Shown: piece by piece, positions 8,526 to 18,384 of the stretch
Layout: each line of letters opens with the position of its first letter
Position numbering within the stretch: the first letter of the stretch is position 1
DNA from: Candidatus Saccharimonadia bacterium
GTDB lineage: Bacteria; Patescibacteriota; Saccharimonadia; UBA4664
Direction: 5' to 3'
DNA: 64,000 bases
NCBI GenBank assembly: GCA_036488585.1
Contig: DASXHH010000005.1
Span: 7,147 to 71,146 of the forward strand
The notes under the pieces: generated by a model
Database searches by the model: none
Seen by the model: the letters and a program-made list of their open reading frames with translations, nothing else
Told to the model about the DNA's origin: nothing
Program-made: the position numbers and the translations under genes

Positions 8526-10433
8526 ATGGGTAAAATTATCGGAATCGACCTCGGTACCACTAACTCGGCTATGGCCGTCATGGAAGGTGGCCAGCCGACT
8601 ATCATCGCTAACGCCGAGGGTGGCCGCACCACCCCGTCTATCGTGGCCGTCTCAAAATCCGGCGAGCGCCTAGTGGGCCAGGTAGCCAAGCGCCAGGCTG
8701 TCATTAATCCCGACAACACCATCTTCGAGGTCAAGCGCCTCATCGGCCGCAAATTCGACGACCCTGAGGTTCAGCGCGACGAGAAGCACATGCCTTACCA
8801 GATCGTGAAAGCCAACGGTGGCGTGAAGGTAAAGATGGGCGACAAGGAGTACACCCCCGAAGAAGTCTCAGCCATGATCCTCTCCAAACTTAAGGCCGAT
8901 GCTGAAGCCTTCCTGGGTACCACCGTCACCGAAGCCGTCATCACTGTGCCGGCCTACTTCAACGACTCGCAGCGCCAGGCCACTAAAGACGCCGGCAAGA
9001 TCGCCGGCCTCGAGGTGAAGCGCATCATCAACGAACCCACCGCCGCCGCTCTCGCCTACGGTCTCGATAAAAAGAAGGAAGAAAAGATCGTGGTCTTCGA
9101 CCTCGGTGGCGGCACCTTCGACGTCTCCATCCTGGAGCTCGGCGACGGCGTGTTCGAAGTAAAGTCCACCAACGGTGACACCCACCTCGGCGGCGCCGAC
9201 TTCGACCAACAGATCATGGAGCACTTGGTGGCCGAGTTTAAAAAGCAGGAGGGGATTGACCTCACCAAAGACAAGGCCGCCGTGCAGCGTCTGAAGGAGG
9301 CTGCCGAGAAGGCCAAGATTGAGCTCTCCTCCACCAACGAATCCGAGATCAACCTGCCGTTCATCACCGCTGATGCATCCGGCCCCAAGCACTTCACCTA
9401 CACCCTCACTCGCGCCAAGCTCGAGTCGCTGGTGGCTAACCTCGTCGACCGCACCGCCGGCCCCTGCAAGGCCGCTCTGGCAGACGCCGGCCTCTCCGCC
9501 TCTGCCATCGACGAGGTCATTCTGGTTGGCGGTATGACCCGCATGCCGGCCGTTCAGAAGAAGGTTGAGGAAATTTTCGGTAAGAAGCCGCTCCAGGGCG
9601 TTAACCCCGACGAGGTGGTGGCCGTGGGCGCCGCCGTTCAGGGTGGCGTGCTCGCGGGCGACGTCAAGGACGTGCTGCTCTTGGACGTCACGCCTCTCTC
9701 GCTCGGCCTCGAGACCATGGGTGGCGTCATGACCCGCCTCATCGAGCGCAATACCACCATCCCCACCTCCAAATCCCAGGTTTTCTCCACAGCCGCCGAT
9801 TCTCAGACCCAGGTGGAAATCAACGTCCTGCAAGGCGAGCGCGAGTTTGCCCAGGACAACAAATCGCTCGGCCGCTTCATACTCGACGGCATTCCGCCCG
9901 CTCCCCGCGGCATTCCGCAAATCGAGGTTACGTTCAACATCGATGCCAACGGTATCGTCCACGTAAAAGCCTCCGACAAAGGCACCGGCAAGGAGCAGCA
10001 CATCACCATCCAGGGCTCCGGCAACCTGTCCGAAGATGAGGTGAAGCGCATGCAGCAGGAGGCCGAAGCTAACGCCGAAGCCGACAAGAAGCGCAAAGAG
10101 TTAGTGGAGGCTCGCAACCACCTCGACAGCCTGGTTTACACCGGCGAGAAGACCCTCAAAGATGCCGGCGACAAGGCCTCGTCCGAAGACAAATCCGCAC
10201 TCGAAGAGGCCATTAAGTCGGCCAAGGCCCAGCTCGAATCCGACGACAAGGACCTGCTCGAATCCGAGGCCAGCAAGCTGTCCGAGGCCATGCAAAAGGT
10301 TGGCGCCGCCATGTACCAGGGCGCGCCCGGCACCACCGGCGCCCCTGAAGAGGTCGAGGCCACCGAGGACGAAGGTAAAACTGGCGATGGCCCCGTCGAG
10401 GGCGAAGTCGTCGACGACAAGGACAACAAATAA
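8526..10433 (+). CDS. dnaK: Molecular chaperone DnaK (Hsp70)
   Basis: 635 aa; [18 protein letters not shown] and the Hsp70 substrate-binding domain; GGAGA RBS. Confidence 0.97.
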   Translation: MGKIIGIDLGTTNSAMAVMEGGQPTIIANAEGGRTTPSIVAVSKSGERLVGQVAKRQAVINPDNTIFEVKRLIGRKFDDPEVQRDEKHMPYQIVKANGGVKVKMGDKEYTPEEVSAMILSKLKADAEAFLGTTVTEAVITVPAYFNDSQRQATKDAGKIAGLEVKRIINEPTAAALAYGLDKKKEEKIVVFDLGGGTFDVSILELGDGVFEVKSTNGDTHLGGADFDQQIMEHLVAEFKKQEGIDLTKDKAAVQRLKEAAEKAKIELSSTNESEINLPFITADASGPKHFTYTLTRAKLESLVANLVDRTAGPCKAALADAGLSASAIDEVILVGGMTRMPAVQKKVEEIFGKKPLQGVNPDEVVAVGAAVQGGVLAGDVKDVLLLDVTPLSLGLETMGGVMTRLIERNTTIPTSKSQVFSTAADSQTQVEINVLQGEREFAQDNKSLGRFILDGIPPAPRGIPQIEVTFNIDANGIVHVKASDKGTGKEQHITIQGSGNLSEDEVKRMQQEAEANAEADKKRKELVEARNHLDSLVYTGEKTLKDAGDKASSEDKSALEEAIKSAKAQLESDDKDLLESEASKLSEAMQKVGAAMYQGAPGTTGAPEEVEATEDEGKTGDGPVEGEVVDDKDNK

Positions 10434-10436
10434 TAA

Positions 10437-10898
10437 ATGGACCCAATCGCCGTGACTGACATCATCATCCGGCAGCCTACATTACGGGAGCTCGAGGCGG
10501 TCAGTCGGTTACGTCACGAAGCGCTTGATGAGGATAAATCCATCCCGCCCAAAGGTCCGACCGATACGGATAAATTAAGCAGCACAATTCATATGGCCGC
10601 ATTCGCTGGCGATGCCATAATATGCACCGTGCGACTCAACCCCATCGACGACGACCCGAACGTATACCTCGTCCGACGTATGGCCACCAAATCCGATTAT
10701 CGCAACCAAGGCGTCGGTGCCCGGGTACTACGGGCGGCGGAGGCAGAAGCGGTCAAGCGAGGGGCTAAGGCTTTCGTCCTCGACGCACGACTCGAGGCAC
10801 GCAACTTTTACGCCCGCTCCGGCTACTGGCCCACCGGACAGCACCCGGAACACGACGGTGACGTGAATATTTCGATGGCTAAACAGGTTAAGCTTTAA
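10437..10898 (+). CDS. GNAT family N-acetyltransferase
   Basis: 153 aa; acetyl-CoA binding motif RNQGVGARVLRAAE. Confidence 0.7.
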   Translation: MDPIAVTDIIIRQPTLRELEAVSRLRHEALDEDKSIPPKGPTDTDKLSSTIHMAAFAGDAIICTVRLNPIDDDPNVYLVRRMATKSDYRNQGVGARVLRAAEAEAVKRGAKAFVLDARLEARNFYARSGYWPTGQHPEHDGDVNISMAKQVKL

Positions 10899-10901
10899 CC
10901 C

Positions 10902-11354
10902 ATGTCTAACCTTACCCTCCGCCGCCTCCAGGCCGCCGACCCTGACCTCGCCCAAATAGCGGCCGAGCTCAACGCCGGCGACAACGAGATGTCGTCCAAG
11001 ACCTTCACTGCAGAGTCGCTGCGAGAATTCCTGTCCAATCCCGACCACTTCTACCTCATCGCTACCTCGGGCGGACAAATCGCCGGCGCCACCCACGGCT
11101 ACCTGCATGTCCACCCGGCCGGCCCCAGGTACCTCTACATTGACGAGGTCGACACCGTCAAACAGTTCCGCCGCCAGGGCGTTGCCACCGCCATGATGCA
11201 TGAGGCCTTCAACGTCGGTCGCGAGCTTGGCGTCACGGAAGTCTGGCTCGGCACCGAAAACGATAACGAACCTGCCAAAGCGTTATACCTCAGCCTCCGT
11301 CCTTCCGAGATCGAGCACGGCCCAATTTACACGTATAAGGTAAAGGAAAAATAA
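10902..11354 (+). CDS. GNAT family N-acetyltransferase
   Basis: 150 aa; RRQGVATAMMHEA motif; tandem to the previous GNAT gene. Confidence 0.7.
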   Translation: MSNLTLRRLQAADPDLAQIAAELNAGDNEMSSKTFTAESLREFLSNPDHFYLIATSGGQIAGATHGYLHVHPAGPRYLYIDEVDTVKQFRRQGVATAMMHEAFNVGRELGVTEVWLGTENDNEPAKALYLSLRPSEIEHGPIYTYKVKEK

Positions 11355-11611
11355 TGGAAGAGCGCAACGATGCCCAGCTCGACATGCTGGCCAAAATTCA
11401 CAATCAACTAGTCGATCTCAAACGGATCATGGTCGAAATCGAGCTCGCCCGGCCCGGCACATCCCAATCTTTGCAAACCCGCCTCCGCCAAATAGTCGGC
11501 AATGACCAGCACGTTGACGCTGCCGGCCAATTGGGCGCCTTGGCACAAAAGGAGCGTAAGGTCATCGCCCCCGGGGACAACAATATTCAGCCCGGTGAAG
11601 GCCGTGATTGA
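11354..11611 (+). CDS. Hypothetical small protein
   Basis: 85-aa ORF; start overlaps the preceding stop; no domain. Confidence 0.35.
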   Translation: MEERNDAQLDMLAKIHNQLVDLKRIMVEIELARPGTSQSLQTRLRQIVGNDQHVDAAGQLGALAQKERKVIAPGDNNIQPGEGRD

Positions 11612-11698
11612 CACTCACCCGCGCGGAGCCTACCATTCAGGTATCAGCTCCTCGCTCAGGTTTCGGTCTAGCGGGGAGTTTGCATTAAGGTAAGTACT

Positions 11699-12022
11699 AT
11701 GAGGCAATACACTCAACTCCATCTCACCTGCGAGTCCGCCGAAGAGGCAGGCACCATCGCCCACGCCCTGCTTGAGCACCGACTTATTGTATGTGCCAAA
11801 ATAGTACCTGTGGAAACCAAGTTTTGGTGGCAAGGCGAAATCGAACAGGCCAGCGAGGTGGTTCTCATCATGGATTCGGCTGAAGACTTGTTCTTTGCCG
11901 TCGAGGCCGAAGTCGGCCGTATGCATTCCTACGAAACCTTTGTGTTGCAACAGCTCCCGCTCGTCGGCCTCAACGCCGCTGCCTCCGAGTGGATGGACGA
12001 AAACTTAAGGCCGGCAGAATAG
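11699..12022 (+). CDS. cutA: Divalent-cation tolerance protein CutA
   Basis: 107 aa with typical CutA1 length and fold signature (VCAKIVPVETKFWWQGEIEQASEVVLIM). Confidence 0.7.
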   Translation: MRQYTQLHLTCESAEEAGTIAHALLEHRLIVCAKIVPVETKFWWQGEIEQASEVVLIMDSAEDLFFAVEAEVGRMHSYETFVLQQLPLVGLNAAASEWMDENLRPAE

Positions 12023-12035
12023 GAGAGCGGGCATA

Positions 12036-12737
12036 ATGAAAGTCTATGTAGACGGCGAAAATTTCATTCACAGCCTCACCGACGTATTGCGCCGCCATAA
12101 AAAAATCGCCAGCCGCCAGGACGTCAAAGCCTTCGATATCGCTGGCCTGTGCAGTGAAGCCTTAGGTGTTCGCGACCCCGAAATTCTCTATTACACCACC
12201 AAATTGCGTGAGGCCGAGGAAGAAACGCACGGCAAGGAAGTGGCCGACAAATCCAAAGAAATCATCGCCTGGGTGGCGGGCTGGAACACTATGCTAATGG
12301 AGCAGGGAGTAACGGTGGTCCGCGCCGGCCACCTCAAAATCCGCGAGGCCTTTCCCTGCCCTGAGTGCGGCCACATCCGCCACGTCTTCCAGGAAAAGGG
12401 CGTGGACGTGCGCCTGGCTGTGGACATCGTTCAGGAGGCAATTGCGCCCCAGGCCGATGTTGGCGGCGAGCAGGTTAATATGGCCGTCTTTAGCTCCGAT
12501 TCCGATCTCATCCCGGCCGTGCATGCCGTGCGGGCCAAGGGTCTGCGCGTCAAAAACCTAGCGCCGTCCGAAGGCCTCAACCTTGGTCTGGCCCGCAGTT
12601 GCGGCGAGTGGCAGTTAATTACCGACGATCAGTTCTTGAAAGCCTTTACCCGGGCTAAGCGCAAGCTCACGTCCCAGCCCGCCACCCCGCTGGATGTTAT
12701 CCAGTCAGAAATGAGAAACAATGCCGACGAAACGTGA
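12036..12737 (+). CDS. NYN-domain (LabA-like) protein
   Basis: N-terminal [12 protein letters not shown] motif; CPECGHIRH zinc-ribbon-like segment. Confidence 0.6.
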   Translation: MKVYVDGENFIHSLTDVLRRHKKIASRQDVKAFDIAGLCSEALGVRDPEILYYTTKLREAEEETHGKEVADKSKEIIAWVAGWNTMLMEQGVTVVRAGHLKIREAFPCPECGHIRHVFQEKGVDVRLAVDIVQEAIAPQADVGGEQVNMAVFSSDSDLIPAVHAVRAKGLRVKNLAPSEGLNLGLARSCGEWQLITDDQFLKAFTRAKRKLTSQPATPLDVIQSEMRNNADET

Positions 12738-13848
12738 TTATTATGACATTTTAGGAGTGAGCAAATCGGCCTCCGCCGACGAAATTAAGCGCGCCTACCG
12801 CAAGCTCGCCATGGAACACCACCCCGACCGTCACGGTGGCGACGACTCCAAATTCAAGGAGCTCGGTGAAGCTTACGAAACACTCAAAGACCCAGGCAAA
12901 CGTGCGGCCTACGACCAATTTGGCCACACCGGCGCCCAGGGTAATCCGTTCGGCGGCTCAGGCCCGTTCGGGGGCGGGGGAGGAGCGCAAGGCTTCGGCG
13001 GCGCCCAGGGTTTCGAGGGCTTCGATTTTAGCGATATCCTGAACCAATTTATGGGCGGCTCAGGCCCGTTCGGCGGCGGGGGGCAAGGCCGTGGCCCGGC
13101 CCGCGGCCGCGATCTCGAGACCACCATCTCGATCGATTTCCTAGAGGCGGTCTTTGGCGCCGCCAAAGACGTTACGCTCACCGCCGACGACACCTGCGAG
13201 CATTGCAAGGGCATCGGTGCCGAGCCCGGCTCCAGCCTAAAAACCTGCTCCACCTGCTCTGGCCGCGGCCAGGTTACACGCGTGCAGCAAACCATTCTCG
13301 GCGCCATCCAGCAGACCACTGTTTGTCCGACGTGCCAAGGTCGGGGCCAAATCCCGGAGAAGCCCTGTACCGTCTGTCATGGCGCCGGCATTCGGCGCCG
13401 CACTCGCACACTCAAGGTTAAGATCCCGGCCGGCGTCGACCATGGCACCACCATCCGGCTCGGTGGTCAGGGTGCGGCCCCTCGCGGCGGCGGCGCCAAG
13501 GGTGATCTTTACGTCGCCATCCGGGTCCGTACCGACCGTCGCTTCGAGCGCACCGACCGCGATATTCTCAGCCAGGCCACTATTCCAATGGTCGAGGCCG
13601 CACTCGGCACCGAGATCGAGGTTGAAACCGTGGACGGCCCCGTCACCCTCAAAATCCCGGCCGGCACTCAATCAGGCAAGGTCTTCAGGCTATCCGGGCG
13701 CGGCGTTCCGGCCCTCACTCGTGGCTCCCGCGGTGACCACCTCGTGACCGTCCTCGTTGAGACCCCCACTAAGCTCTCCGCCAAACAGCGCGAACTACTC
13801 GAGCAATTCGCTGCCGATTTCAGCAAAAAAGGCTTTTGGAAGCGCTAA
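12721..13848 (+). CDS. dnaJ: Molecular chaperone DnaJ
   Basis: J-domain with HPD ([12 protein letters not shown]), G/F-rich region and four CxxCxGxG zinc-finger repeats. Confidence 0.95.
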   Translation: MPTKRDYYDILGVSKSASADEIKRAYRKLAMEHHPDRHGGDDSKFKELGEAYETLKDPGKRAAYDQFGHTGAQGNPFGGSGPFGGGGGAQGFGGAQGFEGFDFSDILNQFMGGSGPFGGGGQGRGPARGRDLETTISIDFLEAVFGAAKDVTLTADDTCEHCKGIGAEPGSSLKTCSTCSGRGQVTRVQQTILGAIQQTTVCPTCQGRGQIPEKPCTVCHGAGIRRRTRTLKVKIPAGVDHGTTIRLGGQGAAPRGGGAKGDLYVAIRVRTDRRFERTDRDILSQATIPMVEAALGTEIEVETVDGPVTLKIPAGTQSGKVFRLSGRGVPALTRGSRGDHLVTVLVETPTKLSAKQRELLEQFAADFSKKGFWKR

Positions 13849-13849
13849 G

Positions 13850-14155
13850 CTACAACCTTCCGCGCAGTCCCACAATCACGCCGCCGGCCACCAGCACCAA
13901 AGCCACCCAGCTGGGCGGCACGTCTAGCGCGTTGCCCACCGTGGCTCCGAACAGCACGTCGGCCACCAATCCCGCCAACACCCAGCGCGTGTACCAGTCG
14001 TCGAACCGTTTTTTGAAATCGCGGTGCCATAGCATTAGGCCAGTCCAGATCACGGCCATCGGCAGCGCCATGCCCAGGGCCGCTAGCGCGATCACCAGTA
14101 GCGCCAATCGTCCCCGGTCGTGCTCCCATATTTTCTTCTTGGCCTTAACGCTCAT
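13850..14155 (-). CDS. Small membrane protein
   Basis: Only the C-terminal 101 aa of the 198-aa ORF (from MSVKAKKK) look coding: two or three TM helices; the N-terminal Arg-rich extension overlaps a plus-strand gene and is likely a GC artefact. Confidence 0.4.
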   Translation of the reverse strand: MSVKAKKKIWEHDRGRLALLVIALAALGMALPMAVIWTGLMLWHRDFKKRFDDWYTRWVLAGLVADVLFGATVGNALDVPPSWVALVLVAGGVIVGLRGRL

Positions 14156-14204
14156 GCTTTTAATATAACAAACCGCCGGCCCGCTCGGTGTAAAATAGCA
14201 CCCA

Positions 14205-14600
14205 ATGGCATCTCTCACTCCCGAAACCACCCCCGAACCCGAAAGCACCGAGGCCAGCATCCGCCGCGGCACCCGGCAGTTGCGCCTGATGCTCGCGGCC
14301 ACAGGTCTGCTGGTCGTGCCCCAGGTCGGCCAATTCCTGGCCGTTCGCGACCTCAACATCTCCGGCCGTGTCTCCGACCTCACCTTTCTGTTCCAATACG
14401 CTGCCCTATTCTTCATTCCTACTAGTCTCATCGTTACTGCCGCCATCGCCTGGGCCGTCCGTCGCCGCTGGCGTCACCACGAACGTCTTCTCACCCTAGC
14501 CGGCATCAACACCCTCATCGCCGTCAATCTTATCTGGTTCCTGGTCAATAGCTGCAGCTGGTCGCAGGTCTTCGGCCTCGCTCTCCGAGGCTGCCGTTAA
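14205..14600 (+). CDS. Membrane protein (hypothetical)
   Basis: 131 aa, about 3 TM helices. Confidence 0.45.
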   Translation: MASLTPETTPEPESTEASIRRGTRQLRLMLAATGLLVVPQVGQFLAVRDLNISGRVSDLTFLFQYAALFFIPTSLIVTAAIAWAVRRRWRHHERLLTLAGINTLIAVNLIWFLVNSCSWSQVFGLALRGCR

Positions 14601-14624
14601 AAGTCCTTATGCTACCATAAGCAC

Positions 14625-14849
14625 ATGAGTAAATTCCGCCGCCTTCTAGGCTACCTACCACCCGCTCTCATAGTTGGCGGCTTAGGCTATTTCGTTTATT
14701 ACTCCATCGCTCTCTACCAGCCCGCCAGCCACCTGGCTTGCGGACAATCCGTGGTTGCGCGTCAAACCGACATCGCCGTCCATGTCGTACGCCAATGGTT
14801 TGGTAAGGAGGGCCAGCAGTATCAGGGCTGCCAGGAGTCAAACCTATGA
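14625..14849 (+). CDS. Small membrane protein (hypothetical)
   Basis: 74 aa, one TM helix; 4-nt overlap with the next ORF. Confidence 0.35.
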   Translation: MSKFRRLLGYLPPALIVGGLGYFVYYSIALYQPASHLACGQSVVARQTDIAVHVVRQWFGKEGQQYQGCQESNL

Positions 14850-15346
14850 CCCTAAACCACTTGCCAGCTGAACTACCTGTGCTAAACACCAACACTATCG
14901 TCATCACTGGACTCGTAGTAGCGGGCCTCTATGGCCTCATGGCTGGCAAACAGCGCCTGCGCATCCTCATCCTCAGCGTTTATGTCGGCATCGTCATCGC
15001 CGAGCAATTCACCGGCATGATTGCGCCCTCGGTGAAATTTATGGGCCACGACCAAGTTAGCTGGGCGCTGCTCGGCATCCCCATCTTGATCTTCGGCTTC
15101 CTCGGCGTTGTCCATGGCAAGGGCCACGCCAAGGGCTGGGTCATCGGCAACATCATCGTTGGCCTACTCACTGGTGCGCTCATCATCTCGAGCGGCTTGC
15201 GCCTGCTGCCCACCAGCGAGCTCACCGCCGTCGACTCCGACTCGTTTCTGGCCATGAACCTGCAGCAATTCCACCCTTATATCCTTGGCCTGCTCCCGGT
15301 GGTGGCGCTGGTGCTCGGCTTCATGAAATCCGAAAAAAAGCACTAA
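14846..15346 (+). CDS. Membrane protein (hypothetical)
   Basis: 166 aa, 4-5 TM helices. Confidence 0.5.
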   Translation: MTLNHLPAELPVLNTNTIVITGLVVAGLYGLMAGKQRLRILILSVYVGIVIAEQFTGMIAPSVKFMGHDQVSWALLGIPILIFGFLGVVHGKGHAKGWVIGNIIVGLLTGALIISSGLRLLPTSELTAVDSDSFLAMNLQQFHPYILGLLPVVALVLGFMKSEKKH

Positions 15347-15422
15347 TCCCCCGCCTCCAATGCATTGCCAGATAAGGCAAATTAGGTTACTATTGAGCGG
15401 TTAAAAACCTGCCCGCGCATGT

Positions 15423-15499
15423 GGGCCCATAGCTCAGTTGGTTAGAGCAGCTGCCTTTTAAGCAGCGTGTCCTGGGTTCGAGCCCCAGTGGGCCCTCCA
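15423..15499 (+). tRNA. tRNA-Lys (anticodon UUU)
   Basis: Full cloverleaf: acceptor GGGCCCA/TGGGCCC, anticodon loop cuUUUaa, T-loop GGTTCGAGC, encoded CCA. Confidence 0.9.
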
Positions 15500-15525
15500 G
15501 TAATCATCACTGCTAAGCTAGCTTC

Positions 15526-16020
15526 GTGACACAACAAGTCGTTACTCTTGCCACAGTTCCCGAAAAAGACAAAGGTATCTTGTCTAAGCTTCTTCATGAC
15601 TATCAGCTTGAGCTAATTCCCTACAATGACGGTGAGGGTCACGAGGAAGCTACAGAGTATAAATACTTGCCAGATTATTTCACCGACCCGAACCGCTCGG
15701 CATTCTTCATTTTAAGGGGCGATGACATCGCTGGCTTTGTCCTTGTAAACACCCATACGCTAATTGAGCCTCATGCCCATTCAATTGCTGAGTTTTATGT
15801 CGCTCCGCCCCTTCGGCATAGCGGGGTAGGGGAGCGAGCAGCGATGTTAACGTTTGAGAAGTTCCCGGGTAGATGGGAAGTGGCACAAATGGAAGCAAAC
15901 CAACCGGCGATAGCATTTTGGAGGAAAACGATTTATAAGGCTACAGGCGGTCAATATACCGAGGCAGCTCTAAATACCGAAGCTTGGCACGGACCCGTCC
16001 AGATATTTGACGTGCGTTAG
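15526..16020 (+). CDS. Acetyltransferase-like protein (GNAT fold, predicted)
   Basis: 164 aa; FYVAPPLRHSGVGERAAM resembles a GNAT CoA-binding segment; AT-rich codon usage unlike neighbouring genes. Confidence 0.5.
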   Translation: MTQQVVTLATVPEKDKGILSKLLHDYQLELIPYNDGEGHEEATEYKYLPDYFTDPNRSAFFILRGDDIAGFVLVNTHTLIEPHAHSIAEFYVAPPLRHSGVGERAAMLTFEKFPGRWEVAQMEANQPAIAFWRKTIYKATGGQYTEAALNTEAWHGPVQIFDVR

Positions 16021-16058
16021 CACCTGAGTTCTAACAGCCAGCACGATCCATAGCACTT

Positions 16059-16820
16059 ATGCTTAAAATGGCTCCGCATAGAGTCATTTTTGTTTGGTAT
16101 TATTATTCCGTGATTATTATCAAAAACGATTTCCGCGTAAAGGAAGCCCTCGTACCCTCGGACAAAGTTATTTTTCTTTTTACAGCCATGGGGACCAGGA
16201 TTGGAGCATATCCGTATCGTTTTTTCGTTAAGCAATTTAACAAGAGGGGCTATTCGTGCGTCGTATATGACTATCCTCGGCGAATAGTATTCAGCGGTGA
16301 TACAAAATTATGGCGTCGGTTCTTCAATGAAATAGTTACCGATGGCCAGGAGCGAGTAAAAATGTTTAAAAAACAAGGAGTTACGCATTTCTACTCCTAC
16401 GGCGTAAGTATGGGAACTTTATGCGCTAATAAGTTCACCCGCGATACGCCGGAGATTAGTCATGTTGTTCTGAACCTGACTTACGGAGACGTGGCTCGAA
16501 ATATTTGGACTTTCAAGAGCGTGAAAAAAGCCAAGTTGAGCCTGCTGGGACAAGGCATTGACGAAGAAGCGGTTCGACGGGAAATCACATACCTTGACCC
16601 GGTATATAATGCAGCTGGTCTAATAGGCAGGAGGGTAATGCTGCAGTTAGCCAAACGCGATAAGATTTTCCCCTATGACCAGACAAAATATACGAAACTA
16701 GCGTTCGAGGCAGCCGAGCTTGATATGGTCTATTCGGAAAACAAATTCCTCAGTCATCTGCCGGCCGCTACAAAGAACTTGTTGTCCATATCGAGCATCG
16801 ATAAGTTTTTCTCCTCATGA
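16059..16820 (+). CDS. Alpha/beta hydrolase-fold protein
   Basis: GxSxG nucleophile elbow (YGVSMGT); AT-rich; the true start may be internal. Confidence 0.5.
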   Translation: MLKMAPHRVIFVWYYYSVIIIKNDFRVKEALVPSDKVIFLFTAMGTRIGAYPYRFFVKQFNKRGYSCVVYDYPRRIVFSGDTKLWRRFFNEIVTDGQERVKMFKKQGVTHFYSYGVSMGTLCANKFTRDTPEISHVVLNLTYGDVARNIWTFKSVKKAKLSLLGQGIDEEAVRREITYLDPVYNAAGLIGRRVMLQLAKRDKIFPYDQTKYTKLAFEAAELDMVYSENKFLSHLPAATKNLLSISSIDKFFSS

Positions 16821-16922
16821 AGGTCGTCATTACGCTGGTTCGCTAGCATTGTAATGGGCGGCTTCGTTTCTGTAAGTACGGTTGCAATAGTGACCACGAT
16901 GGCCCTCCAATTTCAGACCCTT

Positions 16923-16950
16923 AAGACTTCCATGGAAGTCTTTTTCTTTT
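16923..16950 (+). terminator. Rho-independent terminator
   Basis: Perfect palindrome aagacttccatggaagtctt followed by tttttctttt. Confidence 0.7.
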
Positions 16951-17080
16951 GAAAAAAGTCACGATACTAGTTGCCATGTTCAACTCTCCGCACGCAAAAA
17001 TTATAGGCTGCTGTTTACCAAGCCACGCCTTTTTGCTACAATTATGTCAACATCTACAGATTTAATACGCGAGAAAAGCT

Positions 17081-17821
17081 ATGTCCGGACACTCCAAATG
17101 GGCTTCCATTAAGCACCAGAAAGCCGTGAAAGACGCGCGCCGCGGCGCCTCTTTCACTAAATTTGCCAATTTAATCTCGGTGGCCGCCCGCTCCGGCGCC
17201 GATCCCGAGACTAACTTCAAACTACGCCTAGCCGTGGATAAGGCCCGCAAGTCCGGCGTCCCTAATGCCAACATCGACCGCGCCATCAAGCGTGGCTCCG
17301 GCGCGGAAGGTGGAGCCACCTTCGAGGAGATCACCTACGAGGGCTACGGTCCCGGCGGCGTCGCCATCATTGTCGAAACCGCCACCGATAACCGCAACCG
17401 CACCGCGCCAGACGTCCGCACCGCCTTCGGTAAACACGGCGGCACCATGGGCACGACTGGCTCCGTGGCCTACCAATTCACCCAGCGTGGCGTCATTATC
17501 ATCGACTCTATCGATCTTGAAGCCGCCACCATGGACGCCATTGAAACCGGCGCCGAGGACGTCGAGGAGGGCGAGGCCCAACTCATCGTCTATACCAAAC
17601 CCACTGAGCTTGACGCCGTTCGCAAGGGCTTAGCTGAAAAGGGCTATACCATCGAGAAGGCCGAACTCTCATTCGAACCCAATACCACCGTTCCTGTCAC
17701 CGACGAGGCCACCGCTCGCAAACTTATTCGCCTCATGGACGCACTCGACGAGCTCGACGACGTCACTGCCACCTATACCAACTTTGACATCTCGCCCGAG
17801 CTTATGGAGCAGCTCGCTTAA
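17081..17821 (+). CDS. yebC: YebC/PmpR family transcriptional regulator
   Basis: MSGHSKWASIKH.K N-terminus diagnostic of the YebC family. Confidence 0.9.
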   Translation: MSGHSKWASIKHQKAVKDARRGASFTKFANLISVAARSGADPETNFKLRLAVDKARKSGVPNANIDRAIKRGSGAEGGATFEEITYEGYGPGGVAIIVETATDNRNRTAPDVRTAFGKHGGTMGTTGSVAYQFTQRGVIIIDSIDLEAATMDAIETGAEDVEEGEAQLIVYTKPTELDAVRKGLAEKGYTIEKAELSFEPNTTVPVTDEATARKLIRLMDALDELDDVTATYTNFDISPELMEQLA

Positions 17822-17895
17822 ACCAGCGCCAGCCACTCACTTTGTGTGCCGGGCCTCAAGGCGTTAGCCATCCGAATACCTGATAATATAAAAAC

Positions 17896-18384
17896 ATGAG
17901 GATTATGGGCGTAGATCCCGGCACCGCTACCACTGGCTTCGGCGTGGTCGAATATTCGCATGGCCACTGTAAATTCGTGGACGCTGGCATAATCATTACT
18001 CCACCAGACATGCCCATGCCCGACCGACTGGTGATGCTACACGAAGAGCTGTCGCAGGTTATCGCCGAAACCAAGCCAGAGCAGGCCTCCGTGGAGCTGC
18101 TCTATTTTTCGACCAACGTCACCACCGCCATTTCAGTCGGCCAAGCTCGCGGTGTCATTTTGCTAACCCTGGCCGAAGCTGGGCTCATTCCTGCCGAGTA
18201 CACGCCCATGCAAATCAAGCAGGCGGTTACGGGGTACGGCGGTGCCAAAAAGCCCCAAATTCAGGACATGGTACGCAACCTCTTGAGCCTGCCTACCATC
18301 CCCAAACCCGACGATGCCGCCGACGGCCTGGCCATCGCCATCACTCACGCGCACCAACTGCGTCCTACAGCTGGTAAAGTTTAG
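17896..18384 (+). CDS. ruvC: Holliday junction resolvase RuvC
   Basis: MRIMGVDPGTATTGFGV with RNase-H-fold catalytic Asp/Glu. Confidence 0.9.
   Translation: MRIMGVDPGTATTGFGVVEYSHGHCKFVDAGIIITPPDMPMPDRLVMLHEELSQVIAETKPEQASVELLYFSTNVTTAISVGQARGVILLTLAEAGLIPAEYTPMQIKQAVTGYGGAKKPQIQDMVRNLLSLPTIPKPDDAADGLAIAITHAHQLRPTAGKV

Noticed and set aside
14156-14446. N-terminal 97-aa extension of the minus-strand ORF 13850-14446
   Set aside because: It is Arg-rich and low-complexity, and it overlaps the plus-strand membrane-protein gene 14205-14600. Only the C-terminal membrane portion looks coding.
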